Shown: positions 1 to 10,444, counted from the stretch's first letter. The stretch: 64,000 nucleotides of DNA from an uncultured virus (IMG/VR IMGVR_UViG_3300005613_000039) (IMGVR_UViG_3300005613_000039), one strand, 5' to 3'. Notes: generated by a model not told the origin, from the letters alone. Translations and numbers: made by a program.

Positions 1-89
1 AATTATTTGATGAAGCATTTCAAAAATTTACAGGTTCATTTTTGGGTGAATTTGAGTGGTTAGAACTTTTACCTGAAGATGACGCATAG
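1..89 (+). CDS. 3' end of an upstream gene (truncated by window)
   Basis: Open frame from position 3 (LFDEAFQKFTGSFLGEFEWLELLPEDDA) to TAG at 87-89. Confidence 0.55.
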   Translation, partial: LFDEAFQKFTGSFLGEFEWLELLPEDDA

Positions 90-97
90 AGGAAATT

Positions 98-793
98 ATG
101 AATAGAGATAATCGAGGTCAATTTATTAAAGGTCACATACCTCATAATAAAGGAACAGCTAAAAAGAGTTATTGTATAGATTGTGGAAAACCTTTAAGTA
201 GACCCGATGCAAAACGATGCAAACCTTGTGATACGAAATTTCGTTGGAGTTTTAAAGAGTATAAAGAAAAAGTAAGCAAAAAAATGAGCGAAGGTCGAAA
301 GGGCATGAAATTTACTGAACAACATATAAATAATATGCATACTTTTGAAAAAGGACATATCCCATATAATAAAGGAAAACATATTCAATCTAATACTGGA
401 AGAACACATTTTAAAAAAGGTTGTAAAATTAATTTAGGAAGAAGCAGACCAGATATGAAAGGTAAAAATAATCATAATTATGGCAAATGCTTTAAACCTT
501 TTTGGGGTAAATATAAAAATATCAATATGCGTTCAGGGTGGGAAATAGGATATGCTAACTTTTTAGATTTATCAGGAATTAAATGGGAATATGAACCAAA
601 GACGTTTGATTTAGGTTATACAACTTACACTCCAGATTTTTATCTTCCAGAGTTTAACTTATGGATAGAAATTAAAGGCTGTTTTACGAAAGAAGCCAAA
701 CAGAAAATAAAAAAATTTTTAAAAACATATAAAGAATTAAATTTTAAGATTTTAATGGAAAATGATTTAAAAAAATTAGGAGCAATAATATAA
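98..793 (+). CDS. NUMOD3/Zn-finger + PD-(D/E)XK (endonuclease I-like) putative homing endonuclease
   Basis: IPHNKG/IPYNKG repeats, CIDCGK..KRCKPC, and C-terminal WEYEPKTF..YTPDFYL..WIEIKG nuclease motif. Confidence 0.75.
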   Translation: MNRDNRGQFIKGHIPHNKGTAKKSYCIDCGKPLSRPDAKRCKPCDTKFRWSFKEYKEKVSKKMSEGRKGMKFTEQHINNMHTFEKGHIPYNKGKHIQSNTGRTHFKKGCKINLGRSRPDMKGKNNHNYGKCFKPFWGKYKNINMRSGWEIGYANFLDLSGIKWEYEPKTFDLGYTTYTPDFYLPEFNLWIEIKGCFTKEAKQKIKKFLKTYKELNFKILMENDLKKLGAII

Positions 794-3195
794 TGGCAAA
801 TTTTAGTATAGATTATAATAATGCCTCTGAATATCAATTTGATGACTCAAAAATCGAAGTATCTGAAGGTTTAGCTAAATTAAAATTACAAAATTCTTTA
901 CAATCATTTATTGAAGATTTTGCTAATGATACAGATTTTACTTATGACTCTGATTTAGCTGAATTTGTTGGTGGAAAACTTCAACAAAAAGATAAAAGAC
1001 CTAGTGATGCTACATTTTATGCTTCGTATAATGATTTTATAGATGGTAATTGGGGTAACGGAAGTTTAATTGGAACAGCATCTGGTGGAGCTACTGTTAG
1101 TGCTGGTCGGCTTGACTTAACAGGCGAAACCATTAAATATGTTGACTATGATGCAGACCTAAACGCCGATAGCCAGCAAACAGGGTGTATTCGTTTTAAA
1201 CTAACGCCGAATTATTCAGGTGCACCAGCTTCTATTAAAAACTTTATTACAATTACAAAACAACATGAATTTGGTGAAAATGGAATAAAAATATTTCAAT
1301 CTTCAACACTATTATTTATTCAGATAGCTAATTCAGTTGGCGGAACTATTGTATCAACGGCAGATTCATGGACTCCTGTTTCAGGTGTAACTTATGAAAT
1401 TGAATTAAATTGGGATGTTACCACAGGTGCTACAAGATTGTTTATAAATGGAAATCAATTAGGAACTACACAGACAGGAACAGGAACTAGAGATAGTAAT
1501 ATAGGATTATTACGCATTGGAGCTGATGGGTTGGCAACATTAAAATCAGATTTTTATATAGAGGATTTGGTAGTTTTTTCAACAGTTCAACACACATCAA
1601 ATTATACGCCCGATTGGTCAAATATAAAAGAATATGATTATTTAGCTTCAACAGTAACTCTTCCAGAAATGGAACATACTCAGGCCGGAGATTTAACAAC
1701 ATTTGATTCTTTTACTACTACAGAATCTGGAAGTCCAAGATACACAGTTCAATTAGATAGAAGCGGAAATTATCTCTATTGGAACGGCAGCACTTGGGCA
1801 ACTTCTGACGGCACATATAATCAAGCGAACGATTCGACCACCTTTAATGCTAACGTGAGCAGTTTAAATGTTAATGGCGATACATATATACAATTTAAAA
1901 TTAATTTCGATAATTCTAATTCTCAAAGCGATGTAGATAACTTAGTGGCAAGTCTTTATATGGATACGGGATATCCTACCGACAAGCCAACTATTTATAA
2001 AACTACAGGAAGCTCAATTGCTAATATTGAAGAGTGGGCGACTTTCACGGAAACTCTTGGTTCAAATAATGCAGGTTCAATAACTTATCAATTATCTGAA
2101 GATGGTTCAACTTGGAAATATTGGAATGGAAGCATTTGGACAAGTGCAGGAGCATCGGACTATAATACAGCCGCTCAAATTAATGCAAATATTAATGATT
2201 TTCCAGCGGTTGCAGATGCAATATATGTTAAAGCATTTTTATCATCTAGTGGCGATCAAAAGGTGGAACTAGATTTAACTGAGATTGGATATGCTGTTAA
2301 TACAGAGCCAATAGTATATGCAGGAACAAATAAAAATGTTGTATACAATGTTGCTATGAGTCCCTTTTCAGATGCAACTTTTTCAGATGCCGAAACTAAT
2401 ATTGTGAAGGCCGAATGGAAAGAAGATGGTGGAAGTTACGCAGAGATTCCTCAAGGAGATTATGACACTTTACTAGAAGCAGTACAGGCTTTTGAATATA
2501 CTCCAACACATTCTGGCAATAAAACATTATACTTAAAAATTACAGATGATTATGATGCCTATACAGAAGATAGCATGATTGTAAATGTTAATCAAGTGAA
2601 CGTAACAATCAATATCAAGGATGCCTCTGATAATCATTTACCAAATGTTACATGGGACGCCGGGGACAGTTCAGAATCATCTACACAAAGTAGCCCGTTT
2701 ACTTTTGATTATGATATTGGAACATGGACAGCAACTATCAGTAAAAATCACTTTGATTCAGAGTCTGATTCAAATACTATAACTATATCAACTACGGAGT
2801 TAAATTTTACTATGAGTCGAGAAACACGAATAGACGAATTAATTGTCAACATAGATGCTCCGAATCGCTTTGTATTGGGAGACACTTTTACATTAGACGG
2901 AAAAATAGATACCAATTTAACTAGCTATAAAATTCGATGTCAAGTTTCAGATAAAGATGGAAACGAAATTCAATTAGCAACTTCTAATAGTGGCGGTTCT
3001 GATTCTCAAATCGAAATTTTTAATGCCGCAAACGGCGAATTTATTATAACTTGTGCTAAAGATTTAACAGATGATTTTAAAAATGATATTACAATCGAAA
3101 TAGAGATAGAAAATTCGAGTGGACAAGTAAGAACGATTTTTAGAGAAGATTTCTATTTTGAAGATGAAGACTTAACATGGACAGAACCTTCTTGA
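793..3195 (+). CDS. Virion structural protein with LamG/ConA-like domain and repeated YWNG modules
   Basis: Acidic Thr/Ser-rich beta-protein; TRLFINGNQLG..LRIG..IEDLVVF LamG-like motif; two YWNGxxW modules; lies in morphogenesis block. Confidence 0.7.
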   Translation: MANFSIDYNNASEYQFDDSKIEVSEGLAKLKLQNSLQSFIEDFANDTDFTYDSDLAEFVGGKLQQKDKRPSDATFYASYNDFIDGNWGNGSLIGTASGGATVSAGRLDLTGETIKYVDYDADLNADSQQTGCIRFKLTPNYSGAPASIKNFITITKQHEFGENGIKIFQSSTLLFIQIANSVGGTIVSTADSWTPVSGVTYEIELNWDVTTGATRLFINGNQLGTTQTGTGTRDSNIGLLRIGADGLATLKSDFYIEDLVVFSTVQHTSNYTPDWSNIKEYDYLASTVTLPEMEHTQAGDLTTFDSFTTTESGSPRYTVQLDRSGNYLYWNGSTWATSDGTYNQANDSTTFNANVSSLNVNGDTYIQFKINFDNSNSQSDVDNLVASLYMDTGYPTDKPTIYKTTGSSIANIEEWATFTETLGSNNAGSITYQLSEDGSTWKYWNGSIWTSAGASDYNTAAQINANINDFPAVADAIYVKAFLSSSGDQKVELDLTEIGYAVNTEPIVYAGTNKNVVYNVAMSPFSDATFSDAETNIVKAEWKEDGGSYAEIPQGDYDTLLEAVQAFEYTPTHSGNKTLYLKITDDYDAYTEDSMIVNVNQVNVTINIKDASDNHLPNVTWDAGDSSESSTQSSPFTFDYDIGTWTATISKNHFDSESDSNTITISTTELNFTMSRETRIDELIVNIDAPNRFVLGDTFTLDGKIDTNLTSYKIRCQVSDKDGNEIQLATSNSGGSDSQIEIFNAANGEFIITCAKDLTDDFKNDITIEIEIENSSGQVRTIFREDFYFEDEDLTWTEPS

Positions 3196-3254
3196 TAAGC
3201 ATTTTATCGCTTATTATTTTGTTAATTTTATTTTATAGGTATAAGGATAAATAA
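3192..3254 (+). CDS. Putative 20-aa single-pass membrane micropeptide
   Basis: TTG start overlaps the upstream TGA (TTGA), TAA overlaps the next ATG (TAATG); MISILSLIILLILFYRYKDK. Confidence 0.35.
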   Translation: MISILSLIILLILFYRYKDK

Positions 3255-3658
3255 TGAATCGCAACATTCATAAAAGAATAAAAGATACTGTTTTTAAAGA
3301 TTATAATGAAACAGTATGGGTTTATTTAAAAAGCTCGAATAGTAAAAGTTCGAGCTATGATCCTTATCGAAATACTGGATATACAAAGACTAATCAATCC
3401 CCAGAACCTATAAAAGCTTATGTTAGACAAATTCGAGGTAATAGTTTAATTGCTAGAGAAGTAGGTTTAACACAGTCTGGTGCAATCGAAATTGTTGTTA
3501 AGTCATCGGATGCTAATATTTTTCGATATTGTGAAAAAGTTAAATATAATGATTCAGAATATACACCTTTTAATAAAGCTTTAGGTGATCGTATTCAAAT
3601 TTTTAATAGTCCCTTTGATTTTGCGAGAATCGTTTTATTTCGTAGAGGCAATAATTAA
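3254..3658 (+). CDS. Putative head-closure / head-tail adaptor protein
   Basis: Size (134 aa) and position as first of three overlapping neck-type genes before the major tail protein. Confidence 0.5.
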   Translation: MNRNIHKRIKDTVFKDYNETVWVYLKSSNSKSSSYDPYRNTGYTKTNQSPEPIKAYVRQIRGNSLIAREVGLTQSGAIEIVVKSSDANIFRYCEKVKYNDSEYTPFNKALGDRIQIFNSPFDFARIVLFRRGNN

Positions 3659-4125
3659 TGGCCAGATTAAAAGTAATTATTAGAGATAAAGTTGGTAAAG
3701 ATTTTCGCACAGAAGAAATTCGTCGAATTAAATCGATGGGGAAAAAAGATACTAAAAGATTGGCTAAAGAATGCGAAAAAATCATTCAAGAAACAATCAT
3801 GAGAAAAACCGAAAGACCAACTGGACATTTAGCTTCTTTAATGAAAGCTGGACCAATTGTCAATGGTTGGGGTGTTGGAGATATTGAAACTTTAGATAAA
3901 TTGGCGCCTTATTGGAATCATATCGACAAGGGTAGTCAGGGAATCGGAGCTAATTGGCAACATTATCTTCCTAAAGGCTATTGGGATGGCAATTTTAGGT
4001 GGGTCACAAGTGAAGATGGTTATTCTGGAATTATGCCAGAAAGACCAATTTTAGCAGTTAATTATATCGCAAGCACTTTAGCTCGAATGCAAACAAGAGA
4101 ACGAAAAATTTTAAATAGGACGTAA
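3658..4125 (+). CDS. Putative tail completion/neck protein (HK97 gp10-like)
   Basis: Basic; RPTGHLASL, APYWNHIDKG, final P..YI motif pattern; synteny. Confidence 0.55.
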   Translation: MARLKVIIRDKVGKDFRTEEIRRIKSMGKKDTKRLAKECEKIIQETIMRKTERPTGHLASLMKAGPIVNGWGVGDIETLDKLAPYWNHIDKGSQGIGANWQHYLPKGYWDGNFRWVTSEDGYSGIMPERPILAVNYIASTLARMQTRERKILNRT

Positions 4126-4613
4126 TGATGACTTGGAGACTCTATCGTAATATAGAAAATTCACTTAAAGATTTCTTAGATATAGAAATATCTAATGATT
4201 CATTAACTGCTGAAGATGGCAGTTCTATTGTGGTTAGAGTTGGACGAAAAGAAGATGATAACTGGACTCTTCCCTGCATTTCTTTGTATGTCGAATCAGA
4301 AACTTTAGAAAGATTTGAAATTGGTTCTAATAAGAGAGATGATCGACAATTAATTATTATTGATATATATGCAACAAACGAGGGCGAGCGACTAGATTTA
4401 GCAAAGTGGTTAATCGATACAATCAATGATGGCTGGAGATATTATACATATTCGTATAATTCTAGCAATCCCGAATCACCTACAAAAGTGGCTGGTGGAT
4501 GGACAAGTGTTGATTTTTTAGAAAACACTAGAGTAACTCTAGGTCAAAATATAGATATATGGGATGCACATCGACAGCGTATCTCAATTAATGTATGGAT
4601 TTCTGAGAATTAA
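4125..4613 (+). CDS. Putative tail terminator protein
   Basis: LPCISL..IIIDIYA..ERLDLA pattern; directly upstream of major tail gene. Confidence 0.55.
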   Translation: MMTWRLYRNIENSLKDFLDIEISNDSLTAEDGSSIVVRVGRKEDDNWTLPCISLYVESETLERFEIGSNKRDDRQLIIIDIYATNEGERLDLAKWLIDTINDGWRYYTYSYNSSNPESPTKVAGGWTSVDFLENTRVTLGQNIDIWDAHRQRISINVWISEN

Positions 4614-4623
4614 GGATATTAAA

Positions 4624-4836
4624 ATGTTTAAAGTAGTATATAGTATTTTTAAAGACTTTGGATTAGATGCCGTTCAATTATGTATTATTTGTTTCTTTGG
4701 ATGGAAAATTGTTTCTAATCATTTGCATCATATTCAAGAGTCATTAGATAAACTTTTCAAGAAAACTGAAGATTTGGAAAAGGAAGTTATTGATCAAGGT
4801 AATCGAGTTTCGAAAATTGAAGGAAAATTAGATTAA
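4624..4836 (+). CDS. Small membrane protein with coiled coil (holin/hemolysin XhlA-like)
   Basis: AAGGA SD before ATG 4624; one hydrophobic helix then coiled coil ending RVSKIEGKLD. Confidence 0.4.
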   Translation: MFKVVYSIFKDFGLDAVQLCIICFFGWKIVSNHLHHIQESLDKLFKKTEDLEKEVIDQGNRVSKIEGKLD

Positions 4837-4863
4837 GTATTTATAATCAAAGGAGAATAAATT

Positions 4864-6105
4864 ATGGCAACCGAAATACGGCATTCAAGTGCATTCAAAC
4901 CTATTTCAGTGGCAGAACGAGCGACAGTTGCGAAGGATAATTGGGATAGAGTTCAAAATTTTTCCGTAGCGGTAAATCAACCGCAAGAGTTCTTGTATGA
5001 ATTGGGCCGTTTAGATAAAATGGCTACAGATAAAGATAAGTTAGAAGCTTCTGTATCTATAACTCAATACGAATATGGAACTATGGATTCTTTTTTACAA
5101 TTAGCTGGACTTTCAGCTTTGCCATCGGGCGGATTAGAATTAAATGATTTCGACGATGCCAGAACTGACTTTATCTCGCCTGGTAAAACTGAATACGCGG
5201 GAACACTCGAACAAACTCTATGGATTGAAAGATTATCTTTAGATTCGTTGGGCGTTAGTATTAACGCTGATGAAAGAATTGAAAGAAGCTTTGAATTAAG
5301 TGGAAATTATTGTAAAATCGCCAGAGAAGGCAACAAATCTGTAATTTTTGTATCAGATACCGCCTCATCAGGAACTTCTGGAAATTATGTTATCGATGTG
5401 TCTGATCCAGCTCCTGTAGAAGACCCAAATAATGCGGGTGTATATATTTTGAAAGTATATCGAATTCGCTCAGGTGTCGCCACAGAATTAGATTTGACAA
5501 CTGACTATACCTATAATAATACATCTAAAGAAATTACTATCATATCAGGTTTGGCCGCAGATAATTATAGAGTTTGGTATACAGCCGCTTCTTACGGAAG
5601 TGCTGGTGACCCTCAAGTATTAAATGACGCCGACGATTATTATCTTCCCGCAGATAATGTTACAGTTACTATAGATGATGGCACTCACAGTGCAGTAGAG
5701 TTAGATAAACTAACTACTTTATCAATAGATGCTACGTTTAATCGTACCGGCGAAGGTGCTATCGGAACGAGTGAGAATGTATTTAACGATGTTGAAAGTT
5801 ACGAAGTTACAGCATCTTTAGGTGGATATGTAAAGAATTATCCTATTCAAGAAGCCTTAATGCTTCAAGCTGGACAATCTTGGGGTATTATTGATTATAC
5901 AGCGATGGACGAAGTTGCAGTTGTTGTTAAGATTTATCAAGAAAGTGCTAAATCCACATTTTTAATTGGATATAAGATTACTGGTTTAGAATTAGCAGAT
6001 GACTCTCCTGCTGATTATACAGCTAATGAATTTGGCGATAGTACTATTAACTTGACTTCAGACAACTTAGTTATTTCAACAACCGAAGGTGATTTAGCAG
6101 TTTAA
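4864..6105 (+). CDS. Major tail (tube) protein
   Basis: Strong AAGGAG SD; acidic 413 aa; position between terminator and chaperone/tape measure genes. Confidence 0.65.
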   Translation: MATEIRHSSAFKPISVAERATVAKDNWDRVQNFSVAVNQPQEFLYELGRLDKMATDKDKLEASVSITQYEYGTMDSFLQLAGLSALPSGGLELNDFDDARTDFISPGKTEYAGTLEQTLWIERLSLDSLGVSINADERIERSFELSGNYCKIAREGNKSVIFVSDTASSGTSGNYVIDVSDPAPVEDPNNAGVYILKVYRIRSGVATELDLTTDYTYNNTSKEITIISGLAADNYRVWYTAASYGSAGDPQVLNDADDYYLPADNVTVTIDDGTHSAVELDKLTTLSIDATFNRTGEGAIGTSENVFNDVESYEVTASLGGYVKNYPIQEALMLQAGQSWGIIDYTAMDEVAVVVKIYQESAKSTFLIGYKITGLELADDSPADYTANEFGDSTINLTSDNLVISTTEGDLAV

Positions 6106-6144
6106 TTAATAAAATAATCAATTTTATTGTTTATTATAAATAAA

Positions 6145-6168
6145 GGGAGCAGATTTATTTCTGCTCCC
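6145..6168. terminator. Hairpin after major tail gene
   Basis: GGGAGCAGA-6 nt-TCTGCTCCC perfect 9-bp stem; no clear U-tract on + strand. Confidence 0.5.
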
Positions 6169-6179
6169 ATGTAAATCAA

Positions 6180-6452
6180 ATGGTGAGGTTTATAATGTAT
6201 AATATCGAAAATAAGGTCTTAGCAAAGATTTTGAAAAAAAGATTTAAATCTTTAGTAGGCGTGTCGTGCGAACGTTTTGAAAAATTTCTCAAAGATAAAA
6301 ATGTGACTATATCATCTGAAGAAGTTGAAGATTATCTTTTTAATTTCAAAAAAGATGCGTATAACACAATGAGAAACATTGATGACCAAATTTTTGCATT
6401 TAGTCAAGGTACAAAAATTAATATTAAATTAGATAAACCTGTCTCTAAATAA
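6180..6452 (+). CDS. Hypothetical protein
   Basis: ORF track; GAGG SD before second Met. Confidence 0.6.
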   Translation: MVRFIMYNIENKVLAKILKKRFKSLVGVSCERFEKFLKDKNVTISSEEVEDYLFNFKKDAYNTMRNIDDQIFAFSQGTKINIKLDKPVSK

Positions 6453-6466
6453 GAGAGAGGTTTTTT
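6435..6466 (+). terminator. Putative intrinsic terminator
   Basis: CCT-G-TCTCT / AGAGA-G-AGG stem followed by T6, spanning the stop of the 90-aa ORF. Confidence 0.5.
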
Positions 6467-6474
6467 ATATTCAA

Positions 6475-7113
6475 GTGAGGTCAGGTATGGAAGAACAAAC
6501 TTTAAACGAAGTATTAAAAGAGTTACAAGAGAATACTAAAAATCCAGAATTAATTAAAGATAATAAGTTTTATTTTAAATATAAAGAGATTTGGCATCGA
6601 GTCAAAATGCCTAATCAAAAAGAATTGACAGAAGCCGATCGATGTCGAAATCAGACTCGAATTCAATTACTTCAAAGAGGTAAAAAAGAGGGTTTTTTAC
6701 TTAAAAAAGATTTGATCACTTTATTAAAAGAAAATGATATTGATATTGCTAAGATGGATGAAGAAATATCAAAGTTGAAAAAAGAATTTGTACAGATCCA
6801 TTTGACTGCATCTAAAAAGAAGGATCACGAAGTTGAAATTCTAAAAAAATTAGAAGAACAGGCATCTGTGTTTGAGAAAAAGATTCGAAAAATTCAGGAC
6901 GAAAGAGCCGAACACTTATCTCCTGCAATCGAATACCAAGCAGAAGACGCTTGGTATAAGTCATTAGTTGCTTCATGTACTGAAAAGCAGATTGACAGTA
7001 AAGAAGACAAGTGGAAGAAAGCTTGGAAAGATTTTGAAGATTTTACACAAGATGATTCTAGTTTAACTTATTTAGCCGAAGCTCATTTAGCTACTTTAAT
7101 TCAAAATGGTTAA
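6475..7113 (+). CDS. Putative tail assembly chaperone
   Basis: Helical/coiled-coil protein between major tail and tape measure genes; probable start ATG 6488. Confidence 0.5.
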   Translation: MRSGMEEQTLNEVLKELQENTKNPELIKDNKFYFKYKEIWHRVKMPNQKELTEADRCRNQTRIQLLQRGKKEGFLLKKDLITLLKENDIDIAKMDEEISKLKKEFVQIHLTASKKKDHEVEILKKLEEQASVFEKKIRKIQDERAEHLSPAIEYQAEDAWYKSLVASCTEKQIDSKEDKWKKAWKDFEDFTQDDSSLTYLAEAHLATLIQNG

Positions 7114-7501
7114 TATAGATAAATCTTTAAGAAAATTAGCTCGTTCAAGCTATTGGCAAAATCTGTATAGAGCGTCTCAAAAATGCTCTAATATTTCTCT
7201 ATTTTCTAATTTTAGCGATTATAGTGGAATTCAAGTCAAGTTTTTATATTGGCTTCAAACATATCAAATGTTATACGATGAATTATCGACATTTGAAGAT
7301 GAGCGTTTAACTGAGAATGTTATCGAAAATGATTTTCGTGCAGATGCATATTTAATTCATCGAAATAAAAAACATGAATTTTTATGGAAAAAATATCGAG
7401 AAGATGAATCGAATTCAAGACGTAAAGCTAATCATAAGAAAAAATTCAAGCATCCAGGAAAAGAAAGTATCATTAAAGTAGATTTAAGAAGGGAAAAATA
7501 A
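7106..7501 (+). CDS. Putative second tail assembly chaperone
   Basis: Overlaps previous gene and abuts tape measure gene. Confidence 0.45.
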   Translation: MVNIDKSLRKLARSSYWQNLYRASQKCSNISLFSNFSDYSGIQVKFLYWLQTYQMLYDELSTFEDERLTENVIENDFRADAYLIHRNKKHEFLWKKYREDESNSRRKANHKKKFKHPGKESIIKVDLRREK

Positions 7502-7502
7502 A

Positions 7503-10010
7503 ATGGCAGATAGTACCAGTAGAAAAATTATTCAGTATGTTGCTGATATGCGAGACGTTTACAGCAAATTAAAGCAATTGAATATAGCTAATCAAAAAGC
7601 GGCGAAATCTCTAGGTACGAATTTTACCAAGAATTTAAAAACCGTTGGCAATGGCTATAGCAAAATCGCAAAAACTGATACGAGTAAATTGACTACAGGT
7701 ATAGATCAATTAAAAAATACTACCAGTTCTTGGTCTCAAGTATTGAGAGGCGCCGACGGGCAATTAGTTAAATTTACCGAGACCACAAAAATCAATGCCA
7801 AAGGCACTGCCAGAACAACTCGAAGTTTTCAAGATTTAAATCAAAATACTGTTTCTCTGGGGCAAAATTTTGCTCGTTTGGCCAAAAGAGCCGCATTAAC
7901 AATTCCTATTTGGCTATTATTAAGAGGAGCAGTAACTGGTGTTGTATCTACTTTTAAAAATGGTATTAAAGATATTGCAGAATTTGATAGAAGATTACAA
8001 AAGGCACGTAGAAATTTACAAGGAACGCCTCAAAAAATCGAGGCTAATTTTAAAAGATTAAGAGACGAGGTTACAGCATTATCATTAAAAAGTGGTAAAT
8101 CTGTAGAAGAAATCACTGATGCCTTTCAAAAATTTGCAACTGTTGGTTTAGATTTTGAAACTTCTATAACTGGAGCTACTGAAGCTACGAAACTGGCCGT
8201 TACACTTTTTGGCGATACAAAAGAGAATGCTAATTCTTTAGCTAGAGCTTTTCGTGTATTATCTGATAACATAGATGATGGAAGAACCAAGTCAGAACAA
8301 TTAAGAGAAGTAACTGCTCTATTGGCTGAATTATGGAAAGATCAAGCTTTCAAAATTGATGAATTGGCCGGTGCATTAGAACGATTTGCTCCTGTAGCTA
8401 GTATTGCTAATTTTACAATGACAGATACAATTAAAGTATTGGCCGCCCTTCAAACTGCTGGTATTAGAGGAACAAGAGCGGGTCGCCTGTTATCAACTGC
8501 CACATTACAGCTAAATAAAAATTTTGATAAATTACAAACTACTTTAGGTTTAAATATAAATCCACAATTAACTAATACTTTCGAACGTCTACAGATTGTG
8601 GTTAAAGAAATTTCTAAGTTACAAAAAATTGACGAGTTGAAAGCTACGCAAGCATTACAAGAATTATTTGGAGGGGTGAGAGGCGCTCAAGTCCCAGCCG
8701 CTTTAGCCACTGAATGGGAAAATTTTGTAAAAGTTTTAAGTCAAACAGGAGACATTCAACAATTTAATAAAGAATTTCAAGATATGACTCAAACGACCGG
8801 AGTCTTAACTAAAAGAATCCAAAATGCTAATAAAGAAATTGGAAAGGCTCTTGTTACTGGAATTGTTGGAGGTGAGGACTTTAATGATGCTTTATTAAAG
8901 ATTGCAACTACCTTAGAAGACCTAGCTACAAAGGCAGAAAATGCTGGTATAGTTTTACGAAATGCTTTTTCTGTTGATGCTTTAGGAATTAGAGGATTAA
9001 GAGGAGCGATAACTGACATTATTGGTAAAGAAATTGATGAAGCGAGTCAAGAAAGTGTTGATAAATTAGCCGACTTATCTCGAAGAATTGTTAGAGGATT
9101 AAAAGGTGAATTAGAAAAAGCTGATTTATCTAAATTAATTGCTGAATTAACGGAAATACAAATTAAAGATATAAAAATCGGTTTGGATAAAGCGACAATT
9201 CAAAGAGATATTGCTATTTTTAGGCAACAATTAAACGAATTAGCTCAGACAAGCGACGACACAACTATTCAAAAGAAGCGACAAACCTCTTTAAATCAGA
9301 TCGAAAAAATAAATAAAGCTATTATTAACGACAATATCGAACAATTAAAGGCTCAAGGCGCATTAACGTCTCAGATTATCGAAAGGCGTAATAGATTAGA
9401 AGATTTATTTGGGGTTAATCGAGATTTAGAAACAAGTTTAGATAGACAACTAGAAAAAGAAAGAGCTTTAAGAGAAGAAAAACGATTACAGGCTGAATTA
9501 GGTAATGAATCTCTGAAATTATTCAGAATTGCACGAGAACAGGGCATTGATATAGCTCAACAGATTGGCGATGTTCTGGCCGGAGATGTTGACTTTTCTA
9601 CTTTTATTCGACGAGGCACTGAGGCCGCTGATATATTTAAAAAAGAATTTGCAGATTTATTCGAACAGCAACAAGCCAAGGCCTTCTTTAGAGGTGAAAC
9701 TGTTCCAGGTCTTACCGGATTAAGAGGCGGAACAAGAGTGGCGATTCAAGAAGAAGCTCTCAGAACGCCGGCTTTAACTGGACGATTACAAGCACGTTTG
9801 GCACAACGCAGAGCTATTTCTCAACAAATTCAAAATGTTAATCAAGTCACTGCACCCGTTCAAGTCACTGCTAATATAGATGTTTCCAAATTAGATGAAG
9901 TCAGTAATAAAGTTATAACACAAATTACTAAGGAATTACCAACAGTTGGCAGTTTAATTAATGATGCACTAAGAAGAGCATTACTTGGCAAACAAACGCC
10001 AACTTTATAA
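7503..10010 (+). CDS. Tail tape measure protein (TP901-family-like)
   Basis: Long helical protein; SVEEITDAFQKFATVG, ALQTAGIRGTRAGRLL, LQELFG motifs typical of TMP core domain. Confidence 0.85.
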   Translation: MADSTSRKIIQYVADMRDVYSKLKQLNIANQKAAKSLGTNFTKNLKTVGNGYSKIAKTDTSKLTTGIDQLKNTTSSWSQVLRGADGQLVKFTETTKINAKGTARTTRSFQDLNQNTVSLGQNFARLAKRAALTIPIWLLLRGAVTGVVSTFKNGIKDIAEFDRRLQKARRNLQGTPQKIEANFKRLRDEVTALSLKSGKSVEEITDAFQKFATVGLDFETSITGATEATKLAVTLFGDTKENANSLARAFRVLSDNIDDGRTKSEQLREVTALLAELWKDQAFKIDELAGALERFAPVASIANFTMTDTIKVLAALQTAGIRGTRAGRLLSTATLQLNKNFDKLQTTLGLNINPQLTNTFERLQIVVKEISKLQKIDELKATQALQELFGGVRGAQVPAALATEWENFVKVLSQTGDIQQFNKEFQDMTQTTGVLTKRIQNANKEIGKALVTGIVGGEDFNDALLKIATTLEDLATKAENAGIVLRNAFSVDALGIRGLRGAITDIIGKEIDEASQESVDKLADLSRRIVRGLKGELEKADLSKLIAELTEIQIKDIKIGLDKATIQRDIAIFRQQLNELAQTSDDTTIQKKRQTSLNQIEKINKAIINDNIEQLKAQGALTSQIIERRNRLEDLFGVNRDLETSLDRQLEKERALREEKRLQAELGNESLKLFRIAREQGIDIAQQIGDVLAGDVDFSTFIRRGTEAADIFKKEFADLFEQQQAKAFFRGETVPGLTGLRGGTRVAIQEEALRTPALTGRLQARLAQRRAISQQIQNVNQVTAPVQVTANIDVSKLDEVSNKVITQITKELPTVGSLINDALRRALLGKQTPTL

Positions 10011-10021
10011 GGAGATTTTTT

Positions 10022-10444
10022 ATGCCGTGGTATCCCACATTTAACTTATATGAAGATGACAATGTTACACTTGTTCATGCAATAGTTGATGTTATTCGTA
10101 TTGATGGCTGGAATTATGATGATTCTCCGACTAATTTTATTGAATTAACGAATACTCGAAGCAAAGGGAGTATAATAATTCCTGCGGGAGATGAAGCGTA
10201 TGATATTACTCTTTATGCTCGACTAGGAGCAGATAATTATACAGCTTTAATGAGTGCATTTAATACTTTAAAATCAAATATTGCTAAAAAAACACCATAC
10301 ATTTTAAAATTGGATGTTTCAAATTCTTCTACAAATGATATTAAAGTTATGCGACTACAGCCAATCATTATTGATACAACAAGAGGAAATTTAAATAAAT
10401 TCTTATATTATAGTTTGACATTTCGAGCGAGTTGTTGGTCATAA
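10022..10444 (+). CDS. Putative distal tail protein
   Basis: Directly after TMP; ends YSLTFRA; 140 aa. Confidence 0.5.
   Translation: MPWYPTFNLYEDDNVTLVHAIVDVIRIDGWNYDDSPTNFIELTNTRSKGSIIIPAGDEAYDITLYARLGADNYTALMSAFNTLKSNIAKKTPYILKLDVSNSSTNDIKVMRLQPIIIDTTRGNLNKFLYYSLTFRASCWS

Noticed and set aside
6475..7501. Lambda G/GT-type -1 programmed frameshift in tail chaperones
   Set aside because: The second ORF is in the +1 frame, has its own ATG, and I see no XXXYYYZ slippery site before the stop.
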